In this document: in pieces, positions 22,500-32,275 of the stretch | Numbering within the stretch: position 1 is the stretch's first letter | How the letters are laid out: each line of letters begins with the position of its first letter | Assembly: GCA_040772485.1 (NCBI GenBank) | Contig: JAXGYC010000009.1 | Coordinates: 384,001 to 448,000 of the forward strand | Length of the DNA stretch: 64,000 bases | DNA from: Sedimentisphaerales bacterium | GTDB taxonomy: Bacteria; Planctomycetota; Phycisphaerae; Sedimentisphaerales; Anaerobacaceae | Direction of reading: 5' to 3' | The notes under the pieces: model-generated | What the model was told of the DNA's origin: nothing | Databases searched by the model: none | The model's input: only the letters and a program-made list of their open reading frames with translations | Made by a program: the position numbers and the translations under genes

Positions 22500-24164
22500 A
22501 TGAAGAAGCTTGTCAAGAAGAATGGACTGGTTCTTGTTCGTGCATGGCGGGCCGGTTGGGTGCTGACGGGCCTGGTGCTGGCGGGCTGTGGGAGCACGCA
22601 GGTGCGGCGGACGCCGGAACTGGAGGCCTTGGCGGCGAGGTCCGGCGAGATCGAGAAGGTGCAGCTCAAGGACCATTCCGAGTCGGAGCCGGTCTCAATC
22701 GAGCAGGCCACCGAGGAGCAGGCCGCGAAAGCCGCCGAGCCTGACGCGGCGCCGCACAAGGCGGTGGAATTGACTCTCGAAGAGGCTCGTGTGGCCGCGC
22801 TGACGAACAACCTGGACCTGAAGTTCTCCCTGGTCGGACCCTCGCTTGCCCAGAAGACGGTGGACGAAGAACGGGCCAAGTTCGAGTGGACGTTCTTCGG
22901 CTCGGCCGGATACAGCCGACGCGAACAGGATGACGAGGGCAACACCGTCGCCGTCCAGTCCTACGAGGCGGGCGTGGAGGCCCCGCTCCAGACCGGCGGT
23001 CTGCTTCGCGCCAGCCTGCCGTTCAGTCGCGCCGATGCCAGCCTCGACAGTGTCGATGGCGTCGCCGAGGCGGCCGTCAGTGTGTCCTACGTCCAGTCTC
23101 TGCTCAGGGGCGCGGGAACGCGGATCAACACGCATTCGATCCGGATCGCGACCTATCAGAAGGACATCACTGACGCCTACACGAAGCTCTCCGCCATCGC
23201 GATCCTTGCGAACGTCGACATCGTCTACTGGCAGCTCTATGCCGCCCGCCGCGAGCTTGACGTGCGCCGCGATCAGTACAAGCTGGCCGAGGATCAGTTG
23301 GACCACGCCCGCCGAAAGGTCGGGGCCGGGGCGGCCGCGAAGATCGAAATCGTCCGCGCGGAGGCCGGTCTGGCCGGCCGGCTGGAAGACGTGATCAACG
23401 CCGAGACATCGGTCCGGGATCGCGAGCGGGACCTCAAGCGGATTCTGAATCGAGAGGACCTTCCGCTCAGTGTCGAGATCGACATCATCCCCACGAGCGA
23501 GCCGGATCCGATCGGGCTGGACCTGGACGCGGAAGCCATCGTGGCGGTGGCCCTGGACAACCGGATGGAGATGGCGGAGCTCGAATTCCAGCTCGCTGTG
23601 GACGACCTGGACATCGAGCTGGCGCGCAACCGGACGCTGCCGGATGTGACCTTCGACTACACCTATGCCACCGGGAGCGAATCGGGCAGCTTGGGCAGTG
23701 CCCTGGGGGATATCGGCGACGGTTCTCTACAGAATCATGCGGCAGGCATCTCGGCGGCGATTCCTCTGGGCAACCGAGCGGCGCAGGCTCGCTATCGCCG
23801 CGCCCGACTGGAGAAGGTCCGAGACCGGATCGACCAGGAGCGCCTGCGTCAGAGCATCCGTCAGGAGATCTACAACGCGGTCGACGAGTTGCGACAGAAC
23901 TGGCGACGCATCCTCGCGGCCGAGCAGGGCGTGGTCACGGCGTATCGCGACTACAAGGTCGAGCAGTCACAGTTCACGTTGGGCAAGAGCACCAGCACGT
24001 TTGTGCTCCAGAGCGCCTCACGACTGGCCGATGCGCAGTCACGGCGAATTCGCGCGTTCGCCGAATACGAGATCGCGCAGGTTCGCCTGGCCCGCGCCAC
24101 CGGCACGCTCCTGGGCCTTGGGCGGGTCCAGCTTCACCCGTCTGCCCTCGAAGACAATATGTAG
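22500..24164 (+). CDS. TolC-family outer membrane efflux lipoprotein
   Basis: GAGGTG SD; LAGC lipobox; LTLEEARVAALTNNLDL; two OEP-like helical repeats. Confidence 0.9.
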   Translation: MKKLVKKNGLVLVRAWRAGWVLTGLVLAGCGSTQVRRTPELEALAARSGEIEKVQLKDHSESEPVSIEQATEEQAAKAAEPDAAPHKAVELTLEEARVAALTNNLDLKFSLVGPSLAQKTVDEERAKFEWTFFGSAGYSRREQDDEGNTVAVQSYEAGVEAPLQTGGLLRASLPFSRADASLDSVDGVAEAAVSVSYVQSLLRGAGTRINTHSIRIATYQKDITDAYTKLSAIAILANVDIVYWQLYAARRELDVRRDQYKLAEDQLDHARRKVGAGAAAKIEIVRAEAGLAGRLEDVINAETSVRDRERDLKRILNREDLPLSVEIDIIPTSEPDPIGLDLDAEAIVAVALDNRMEMAELEFQLAVDDLDIELARNRTLPDVTFDYTYATGSESGSLGSALGDIGDGSLQNHAAGISAAIPLGNRAAQARYRRARLEKVRDRIDQERLRQSIRQEIYNAVDELRQNWRRILAAEQGVVTAYRDYKVEQSQFTLGKSTSTFVLQSASRLADAQSRRIRAFAEYEIAQVRLARATGTLLGLGRVQLHPSALEDNM

Positions 24165-24181
24165 GGTGTGCACCGCACACC
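24161..24181 (+). repeat. GTAG-type REP-like element GTAGGGTGTGCACCGCACACC
   Basis: Identical copy at 47611-47631; GGTGTG/CACACC stem. Confidence 0.8.
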
Positions 24182-24187
24182 TTCCTC

Positions 24188-25549
24188 CTACTCCGCGCCT
24201 GCCCGGGACAGCGGCGAAGAGTGCCGTTGTTCGAGCATGTCCTGCATGTCCGGATTGGGCCGGCCCTTGGTGGAGATGGCGGGTGTGAGGACAAAGAGCA
24301 GTTCGGTGGCCTGTTCCTCAAAATCGCGTCCGGAGAACAGCAGGTTGAGCAGCGGGATGTCTTTCAGAATGGGCACGCCGCGGACCACGTCGCGTTTTGC
24401 CGTCTTGCGCATGCCCCCGATGATCAGACTCTCACCGGGCCGAATGCGGTTGTCCTTGCTGGTGATCGTCCTCTCGGTCACGACCTGGGACTGCGTGACG
24501 CCCTGGGGGGCGAGATACGAAGCAATCTGGACGTGAGTCGTCAGGCTGATGGACCCGTCGGCGAACACGTGCGGCGTGATCTGAAGGGAGTCAACGACCT
24601 CATAGTACTTTGTCTGGGTGCTGAGGATGACGTCATCGCCGTATCCTCCGGACTGGACGGTGATCTGCTCGAGCGGCACGCGCTGTTTCGACAGGACCTT
24701 CGCCGTCTGTCCGTTGAGGACCTCCAGCGTCGGCTGCATCAGGACCTTCAGATAGCCTCGTGACACCAGGATATCGACCAGCGTCTGAACCCGGTGTCCC
24801 TCATCGGGCCGGTCGACGCCGATCTTCAGACCGTACTTGCTCCTGACCGGCTCCCGCAGAGAGGCCCCGGGAAAGGCGGGCAGCACCCCCCCGGCGCCGT
24901 CGTCCTTACCCCCGAGCGTGATTCCCTCGCCGAAGAGATTCTCGACCAGCAGGGTGGTTTCGCGGTCCATGGTCATACTGGCGTTTAATTCCGACACCAT
25001 GCAGTCGATGTGTACCTGGACCGGTGGAATATCGATTTCGTCGAGCATCTCCAGGACCGCATCGAGGTCCTGCTCGACCGGGCAGCGTACGATCAGTTGG
25101 TTGGCGGCGGGATTGGTGGTCACGGTGTAGTTCTGGACTGTTGTGCCCTGGCCTTTGGCATCGAACAGTGTTGTGGCAAACTGGGCGTGGATGATCTTCT
25201 TCATCTGCTCGGCCGTGTGGTAGCGACAGAAGTAGACGAGCTTCCACTCGTCGGCGCCGCCGACGGCCTGCCGAATCTTCGCGGGGGGTTGCATGTGGGT
25301 GGCCGGCCAGGGCACGTTGGCGTCTGAGACGATCTCGACGCGGCCCACATCGTCCAGGATCTTCTCCGTCTCCATGCCGGTGGCCCGTTCATCGGGTCCA
25401 TCATGGCGGCAGCCCGCCAATGCAAGAACAGCCAGCAGCAGAGCGTGCAGCGCCCATCCTCTCCGGGACCACGCGATGGAGCCGGCGTGCCGTACACACC
25501 CTGCGTGGTGAGGACCCTTCCTCCCGGAGATGATGACTGCATTGCCCAC
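24188..25549 (-). CDS. Secretin-family (GspD/PilQ-like) lipoprotein; start uncertain
   Basis: LAGC lipobox, IDIPPVQVHID, PTLEVLNGQTA, LQITPHV, GESLIIGG, VPILKDIPLLNLLF. Confidence 0.8.
   Translation of the reverse strand: MGNAVIISGRKGPHHAGCVRHAGSIAWSRRGWALHALLLAVLALAGCRHDGPDERATGMETEKILDDVGRVEIVSDANVPWPATHMQPPAKIRQAVGGADEWKLVYFCRYHTAEQMKKIIHAQFATTLFDAKGQGTTVQNYTVTTNPAANQLIVRCPVEQDLDAVLEMLDEIDIPPVQVHIDCMVSELNASMTMDRETTLLVENLFGEGITLGGKDDGAGGVLPAFPGASLREPVRSKYGLKIGVDRPDEGHRVQTLVDILVSRGYLKVLMQPTLEVLNGQTAKVLSKQRVPLEQITVQSGGYGDDVILSTQTKYYEVVDSLQITPHVFADGSISLTTHVQIASYLAPQGVTQSQVVTERTITSKDNRIRPGESLIIGGMRKTAKRDVVRGVPILKDIPLLNLLFSGRDFEEQATELLFVLTPAISTKGRPNPDMQDMLEQRHSSPLSRAGAE
25484..25504 (-). repeat. 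Degenerate inverted copy of the 24161 REP-like element
   Basis: Minus strand GCAGGGTGTGTACGGCACGCC, 17/21 match. Confidence 0.55.
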
Positions 25550-25605
25550 GAGTGCTGCGGTGCTCCCTGGTGGTCTTCTCTGCCCTCCGTGCCCGAAGCC
25601 GATCA

Positions 25606-25680
25606 GCGACTGCGGACTTCGGAGTGCGGACTGGCACGTTGAGGCAAATCCCCTTTTCGCCAATCTGCATTCCGAAACTG
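25606..25680. repeat. Degenerate heptamer-periodic inverted repeat
   Basis: TTCGGAGTGCGGACTGGC ... GCCAATCTGCATTCCGAA. Confidence 0.55.
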
Positions 25681-26044
25681 GCTTGGGCCTGCCACAGTTC
25701 CTATCGGCTATTATACGGTCAGATCTTGATCCTGTCAGGCGGAAATCACCGTGCGTCCTTCTGCTGGCGGCCGCGGTGTCGGACGCCGTCGTCGATCGGA
25801 GCGTCGGTCCTCCTGCGAGCGGGCCTGCCTTGCCGGGGCGGGGAATATGGGAGACGAAGCCAATCAACCCTCGCCGGGAACACGCGTGGACCAGGGCGAT
25901 TTCCTGGTGGCAGGGGGTGGCCCATGGGTTAGAATGGCTGACGGGCTCCGTGGGAGCCTGTGGGGCCTGTTGGGTGTGTGGGTCGTATGGTCGGTGCCGT
26001 GTCGCACGTGAAAAAGGAATCGTGATTGTAGCGGGAGGATTGCC

Positions 26045-27604
26045 ATGGATATGCAGAGACAACCATCGGGATGTGCCTGTTGCGGATGGAGTCGGCGTCG
26101 GTTCTTGGCGGCCGGCTGTGGGACCTGCCTCGGTGCGGCGGGCGTCCTGACGATCCCTCGCGTCGCGCGAGCCGCTCAGGGCGGCAAGATGCGGATTCGC
26201 ATCGTCTACGCGCTGCACGCACCGGTGCAGCCGGGCCCGGACTGGCCCAACGTCGGGTTCGATTTCAACCCGGTGATGCAGCGGATCACGTCCACGCTGA
26301 CGAGGCAATGTCCCGATCTCCAGTTCGTCGCGTCGATGGCGAACGGTCCGGAGCAGGCCCAGAAGATCCTTGACGACGACCAAGGCGCGATTGACGGCTA
26401 CATCGTCTGCCAGTTGAACTGCTGGAACCGCGTCGTGCAGACCATGGCGACGTCGGGAAAGCCTACGCTGTACGCCGATTTCCAGTACGCCGGCAGCGGC
26501 GGCTTCCTCGTCTACACCGCTGCGTTCCTGCGGAGCGCCACGCCCAATGTGGGCTTCGTGGCGTCGTCGCGCATGGAGGATCTGATCGAGGCGGTCAAGT
26601 GTTTTGGCATCGTCGGCAAGGGCAGCTCGCCCGCCGAGTTCGTCGCGGCGACGGCGCGCGTCCGCTCGTCACGCATGCCGAAAGCAGGCGACTTGGCCTG
26701 CAAGCCTGATTCGTTCCAGACGCTCTCGCCCGCCGAATGCATCGCGGCGATGAAGGCCTCGAAGATACTGGCCGTGCGCGACCAGGAATCGGGGTCGGCC
26801 GATCCGGTCTCGGGCATTCCCCTGGAGCGGGTCTCGTTTGCCGAAGTGAACGAGGCGTGGAAAGCGGCCGACAAGGACCAGTCCCGCGAGATCGCGGACC
26901 GCTGGCAGAAGAACGCCAGCGATGTGATCGATGTTTCACGCGAGACACTGGAAACCTCCGCGGCGATGTACCTGGGCATGAAGTCAGTGCTCAAGAAACA
27001 CGGAGCCAACGCGATCACGATCAACTGCCTGGGTGGCTTCTACGGCGGACATATCCACGCCTATCCATGCCTGGGCTTCCACGAGCTGAACAACGAGGGC
27101 CTGATCGGCGCCTGCGAGTGTGACGTCCGGTCCACGGCGACGATGGTCATGCTGACCGCCCTGACGCAGGGCCGGCCCGGCTACATCTCCGACCCGGTCA
27201 TCGATACCGCCAAGCGGCAGATCATCTACGCCCACTGCGTGGCCTCCAACAAGGCGTTCGGACCCCAGGGCCCGACCAATCCCTTTGCGATCATGACGCA
27301 TTCGGAGGACCGCCAGGGCGCTTCGGTGCGGTCGATCCTGCCTTTGGGCTATATGACCACCACGGTCGAGATGGAGCAGGGACGCAAGGAAATTCTCTTC
27401 CACCAGGGCAAGGCGGTGGACAACGACCCGGACGACCGGGCGTGCCGGACCAAGCTGGCCGTCGAGCCCGTCGGGGACATCGAGAAGCTGTTCACGCAGT
27501 GGGACCAGTGGGGCTGGCATCGAGTCACGTGCTACGGCGACCTGAAAGAGCCGATCTTCGCACTGGCCGAGGCGATGGGCTACAAGGTGCTCGAAGAGGC
27601 GTGA
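26045..27604 (+). CDS. Tat-signal L-fucose/L-arabinose isomerase-like protein
   Basis: SRRRFL twin-arginine motif; ACECD, YAHC, CRTK, GWHRV motifs resembling the FucI-like C-terminal region; GGAGG SD. Confidence 0.7.
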   Translation: MDMQRQPSGCACCGWSRRRFLAAGCGTCLGAAGVLTIPRVARAAQGGKMRIRIVYALHAPVQPGPDWPNVGFDFNPVMQRITSTLTRQCPDLQFVASMANGPEQAQKILDDDQGAIDGYIVCQLNCWNRVVQTMATSGKPTLYADFQYAGSGGFLVYTAAFLRSATPNVGFVASSRMEDLIEAVKCFGIVGKGSSPAEFVAATARVRSSRMPKAGDLACKPDSFQTLSPAECIAAMKASKILAVRDQESGSADPVSGIPLERVSFAEVNEAWKAADKDQSREIADRWQKNASDVIDVSRETLETSAAMYLGMKSVLKKHGANAITINCLGGFYGGHIHAYPCLGFHELNNEGLIGACECDVRSTATMVMLTALTQGRPGYISDPVIDTAKRQIIYAHCVASNKAFGPQGPTNPFAIMTHSEDRQGASVRSILPLGYMTTTVEMEQGRKEILFHQGKAVDNDPDDRACRTKLAVEPVGDIEKLFTQWDQWGWHRVTCYGDLKEPIFALAEAMGYKVLEEA

Positions 27605-27610
27605 GACTCT

Positions 27611-27637
27611 CCGCCGGCGGCGTGATATCGCCGGCGG
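27611..27637. terminator. GC-rich hairpin between convergent genes
   Basis: CCGCCGGCG-N9-CGCCGGCGG; no U tract. Confidence 0.4.
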
Positions 27638-27638
27638 C

Positions 27639-28298
27639 CTACAGTTCGGCCGACGTCAGTCCTTCCTGGATGGCGTACTTGGTGAGCTGGGCGATGTTGT
27701 CGATGTTCAGTTTCGACATCAGGCGGAGGCGGTGTCCCTCCACGGTCTTGGGGCTGATGTGCAGCCGCAGCGCGATCTGCTTGGTGGTGTTGCCCTCGGC
27801 CATGAGCTGCAGCACTTCTCTCTCCCGCTGGGAGAGGACGGAGAAGGCGGACTGTTCGGCTTCTCCGGGCTGACGCACGTAGCTATCGACGACGATGTCG
27901 GTGATCGCCGGGCTCAGGTAGATCCGGCCGGAAATGATGGTCTGCAACGCCGTGGTCAGTTCCTCCAGCGCGCAGTCCTTCAGCAGGTATCCCGAGGCGC
28001 CCGCTTTGAGCATGGCGACCACGAATTTCTTCCCTGCGTGCATGGACAACGCCAGCACCTTGATGTTCGGATTCTCGTGAAGGATCTGTTGCGTCGCGTC
28101 GATGCCGTTGAGGTCGGGCATGCCGACATCCATGACAATGACATCCGGCGACAGCTCTCGAGCCAGCTCCAGCGTGGCGTGGCCGTTCTGGGCCTGCGCG
28201 ACGACCTCCACGTCCTTTTCCTGCTGGAGGAGCTTGGTCAGCCCGTGACGCACGATTGTGTGGTCGTCGGCAATGATGATTCGAATGCTCATCCTCAT
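27639..28298 (-). CDS. NarL/LuxR-family response regulator
   Basis: IIIADDH, MDVGMPDLNG, GYLLK, LSQREREVLQL HTH. Confidence 0.96.
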   Translation of the reverse strand: MRMSIRIIIADDHTIVRHGLTKLLQQEKDVEVVAQAQNGHATLELARELSPDVIVMDVGMPDLNGIDATQQILHENPNIKVLALSMHAGKKFVVAMLKAGASGYLLKDCALEELTTALQTIISGRIYLSPAITDIVVDSYVRQPGEAEQSAFSVLSQREREVLQLMAEGNTTKQIALRLHISPKTVEGHRLRLMSKLNIDNIAQLTKYAIQEGLTSAEL

Positions 28299-30725
28299 AT
28301 GCTCCTAATGAGAGCCGCCGTTTTCCAGAGGCGCCCGCAGCACGACTTTCGTTCCCTTCGTGTGACCGGATTGAATATACACGCCGCCGCCCATGTGTGT
28401 CAACCGTTCGCGGATACTGAAAAGTCCAAAGCCGGCCGTTCCGTGGGGCGAGCGGTCCTGAAGCCGGGACGTATCGAAGCCGATCCCATTGTCCTCCACT
28501 GCGATACGAATGTCGTTGTCGATACGATCCACCGTGACGTGCACGTGGCTGGCCTGGGCGTGTTTGGCGGCATTGACCAGGAGCTCGCGTACGGAGCGGT
28601 AGAGCAAGGTCTTCATCTGATCGCTCAGCGGTTTGGGATCTTCTGAGTCTTGTACGGTGCATTCGATCTGGCGTTCCTGGCTGAACCGCTGCGTCAACTC
28701 CTCCAGCGCCGGTTCGAGGCCCAGTGTGTACAGTTCCGGCGGGCTGATCTCAAACGTCAGCGACCGCGTCTGTTTGATCGCTTCGTTGATCTGTTCGCGG
28801 ATGTGATTCACGCTCTGGGTGAGATGCGCAGGCAGTTCGGCGCGGCGCAACTCTCCCATCTCAATCTTGATGAAGGCAAGGATCTGGCCGACCGAATCGT
28901 GCAGTTCCGTGGCAATGGCGCGTCGTTCCTGGTCCTCGACGCGGAGCAACTGCGCCGTCAGGGCACGGAGTTGCTCCTGGTCCGCGAGGATCTTTGCCTC
29001 CGCCCTCTTGGCATCCGTGATATCCAGAGCCACGCCCAGGATGCCGGCGATCTCGCCCCATTCATCACGCAGGGGAGAGCACCGGACATCAAAGGTTCTG
29101 CCGGGGGCCAATTCCGCCTCGCAGACAACGTCCTGACCCTCGAGCACGCATCGCATCTGTTTCACAAAGTCCGGAACATCGCGGTATCGTTCGCAGATGT
29201 TGGTTCCGATCAGTTCGTCACGCTCCCACTTCAACGTTGCCAGGGCTCTTCCCTCCAGGACGGTCACTTTCCCTTTTGCATCCGTGGCAAACAGGATGAT
29301 CGGTGCGTTGGAGACCACCGTTCGCAGGTAGGCCTCCTTCTCGATCAGGGCCAGCTCCGCCCGCCGGCGCACCGTGACGTCCTTGAGTGAGAAGACCAGC
29401 GATTCCACTTCGCCGGACGCGTCGAGAATCGGCACCAACGTCCAGTCCCAGTAGGTCAGGCCCCACTCCGGATGATCGGGAAAGCGGAAGGGTCTGGCCT
29501 GAACCTGGTAGGTGGTCTTGGTTCTGACGGCCTCTTCGAAGATGCGCTGGTTCTCCGGATCGGGATAGAACTCGAAGTGATTGTGTCCTTTGAATTCGGA
29601 GATGTCACGCCGGCAACTGTCCGCATAGGCCTGGTTGACGCTGACGAAGTTGAACTGGCGATCGAGAATGACCAGAGGCGTGATGGAGTACCGGAAGAAC
29701 GCTTCCAGAGTCTTCGACTGGCTGCTCAGCTCCTGCTCCATCTGCTTCTCTGTGGTGATGTCGTACATCACCCCCTGCACGCACAACCCTTCGCCGCCGG
29801 AGTCTTCCACAACGGTGGCTTTGTCCCGGAACCACAGCACGCGGTTGTCGCGCGTGAGCATTCGGTACTCCAGAACGAACGGCGTGTCGGGCACTCTTTC
29901 GCGAAACAACTCCGCCAGCACGCGCTCCCGATCGTCCGGGTGCAGACGGCTCGCCCACATGTGCGGATCGTCCGTGTACTCCGCCGGGGCAAAGCCCAGG
30001 AGGGGCTCGACCTGAGGACTGATGTACACGGTGGCGCCGCTGCTGTCGAGTGCGAATACGTGGGTAATGACTGGGACACGCTCCACCAGCATTCGGTATT
30101 TCGTTTCGGATGCGCGACTGCGCTGCTCGGCGTGCAATCGAGCCTGGACCTCTTCCTGAAGGGTCTCCACGGTGCGCGCCAGTTGTGCGGTGCGCTGCTG
30201 GACTTGCGCCTCCAGACCATCATGGGCCTTGTGAAGATCGATCTGGCGCTGCCTCAACTCCCGATACAGAAGATCGTAAGGCTTTCTGAGCCCGATCTCG
30301 ATCAGGGCCTTGTACACGGCATAGAAGGAAAGGAGCTTCAAGAGATGCCCCACGGCATTCGTCCCTTCATAGGGGTCCGTGTACCAGGTGAACATGAACT
30401 CCGAGGCCATGGTCAGGAGGATCGACCAATGAACCCACTTGCGTACCCTCGGGTCGAAGTCACCACCCTTCTTCCGCAGCAGGAGCGCCGAGGCCAGCAG
30501 GATGGCGATGATGAGGAACTCGCTGATTTCCTTGAAGGTCGTCAGGTGGCTCTGCGCATCATCGAAACAGAGCGGGAAGACCCTCCAGTAGAAGATCGAC
30601 GCCAGAAGGAGGCACGACACAACGGCATAGGTGACCAAGACCCAGGCGACCCTGGGTCTGCGCCGCAGAAAGATGGGACGGTAGTTGTCAAGTCGGATGA
30701 GACAGTTCCTTTTTGGAATTAAGCT

Positions 30726-31733
30726 CTAATTCATGGCTTGGTTTTCCGGGTTCTTGGGTGGATTGATCCAGACGGCCTGCGGCGGCAGGGCTGCCTGGGG
30801 CGGCTTGCGTACAAAGCGGTCAGGATGCCGGTGGTAGGCGGCATCCAGGGCTTGCTGGCGCTGCCGGTGAACCTCTTGCACCCGCCCGTAGTGGACGTCG
30901 GCGGGGGTATAGAGGGCCAGGCCGGAATGGCGATGCTCGTGGTTGTACCAGGGGAAGAAGGTACCGCCGAAGGCCCGGGCATCCTGGACCGAGCCGAACC
31001 GCTCGGGAAACTCGGGACGATACTTCATGGTCTTGAACTGGCTTTCGGAGAACGGATTGTCATTGGAGACGTGCGGGCGGCTATGGGTTTTGGTGACTCC
31101 CAGATCGGCCAGCAACTCCGCGACGCCCTTGGACTTCATCGAGGAGCCCCGGTCGGCGTGGAGCGTCAGTTGGTCTTCGACGATCCGTTGCTTGGCGCAC
31201 GTTTGGCGAATCAGGCGTTGGGCCAGGGTCGCGGACTCTCGCAGGGCGATCATCCAGCCGACGACGTAGCGGCTGAAGATGTCCAGGATCACATACAGAT
31301 AGTAGTAGGTCCACTTGGCCGGCCCCTTGAGCTTGGTAATGTCCCAGGACCAGACCTCGTTGGGGCGGGTGGCCAGCAACTCGGGCTTGGTGTACACGAC
31401 CCGCGAGGCCACGGCCCGGCGTTCCCGCACTTCGTCGTTGGCCGCCAGCAGGCGATACATCGTTCGGATCGAACACAGATAGTGGCCGTCTTCGAGAAGC
31501 TGCGCATACACTTGGGGCGGGGCCAGATCGACGAATCGCGGCTCGTGCAAGGTCGCCAGGACGGTTTGCCGTTCGGCCTGGCTCAGGGCGTGTTCGGGCG
31601 GCCTGCGTGTCACGACCCTCGCGGTGGTGGTCTGGGATCTCTGTTGCCGATAGAACGAGGCCCGGGGGACCTTCAGAGCCTGACAGAGTGACAAAGTGCC
31701 GAGTTGCTGACGATGCTGTTGGATCAGGCTCAT
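30726..31733 (-). CDS. IS3-family transposase OrfB (DDE integrase core)
   Basis: VWSWDIT, VILDIFSRYVVGW, HADRGS, DNPFSESQFKTMK. Confidence 0.95.
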   Translation of the reverse strand: MSLIQQHRQQLGTLSLCQALKVPRASFYRQQRSQTTTARVVTRRPPEHALSQAERQTVLATLHEPRFVDLAPPQVYAQLLEDGHYLCSIRTMYRLLAANDEVRERRAVASRVVYTKPELLATRPNEVWSWDITKLKGPAKWTYYYLYVILDIFSRYVVGWMIALRESATLAQRLIRQTCAKQRIVEDQLTLHADRGSSMKSKGVAELLADLGVTKTHSRPHVSNDNPFSESQFKTMKYRPEFPERFGSVQDARAFGGTFFPWYNHEHRHSGLALYTPADVHYGRVQEVHRQRQQALDAAYHRHPDRFVRKPPQAALPPQAVWINPPKNPENQAMN

Positions 31734-32275
31734 GAGATCTCCTCGCTGTCGGGGAGCGTCTCGATCGGGTTGCCGAGCATGGCCGCAACTTTTTTTTGAA
31801 TGTCAATGATCAGCTCGGCCTGGCGGAGCTTCTTGTGGAGCCGTTCATTGTCCCGCCGCAGGCGCTGGAGTTCCTGGTCCCGGGCGTCGCGGGTGCGTTT
31901 GCGGCCGCGTTTGTCATCCTGGAGTCCCTTCAGGGCGCCGGCCTGGTATTGTCGTCGCCACTGGGTCAGGGCCGAGGAATAGAGGCCCTCGCGTCGCAAC
32001 AGGGCCCCGATTTCGCCGGGGCCGGTGCATCGTTGGGCCTCTTCGACGAGGCGGGCCTTGTACGCGGCGGTAAACCGCCGTCGTTTGGGCTGGGCCAAGA
32101 CCTCCGGGTCGGGGACGGGGGTCTCGCCGGCGCCGTTGTTGGCCCCTGCGTTCGGCTCGCCTCCGCTGCGCTGCGGCTCGCCTCTCTGCGGGGCCAACAA
32201 CCTCTGGTTCCGTGTCTTATCCATGACATCCAGCATATTGCGAATCTCCTTGCCCTCTACTCTAATTATCGGCAA
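31730..32275 (-). CDS. IS3-family OrfA (HTH); start uncertain; probable -1 frameshift fusion to OrfB
   Basis: RRRFTAAYK, LLRREGLYSSALTQWR; A8G run at 31789-31797 whose -1 frame is open into orfB. Confidence 0.85.
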   Translation of the reverse strand: MPIIRVEGKEIRNMLDVMDKTRNQRLLAPQRGEPQRSGGEPNAGANNGAGETPVPDPEVLAQPKRRRFTAAYKARLVEEAQRCTGPGEIGALLRREGLYSSALTQWRRQYQAGALKGLQDDKRGRKRTRDARDQELQRLRRDNERLHKKLRQAELIIDIQKKVAAMLGNPIETLPDSEEIS

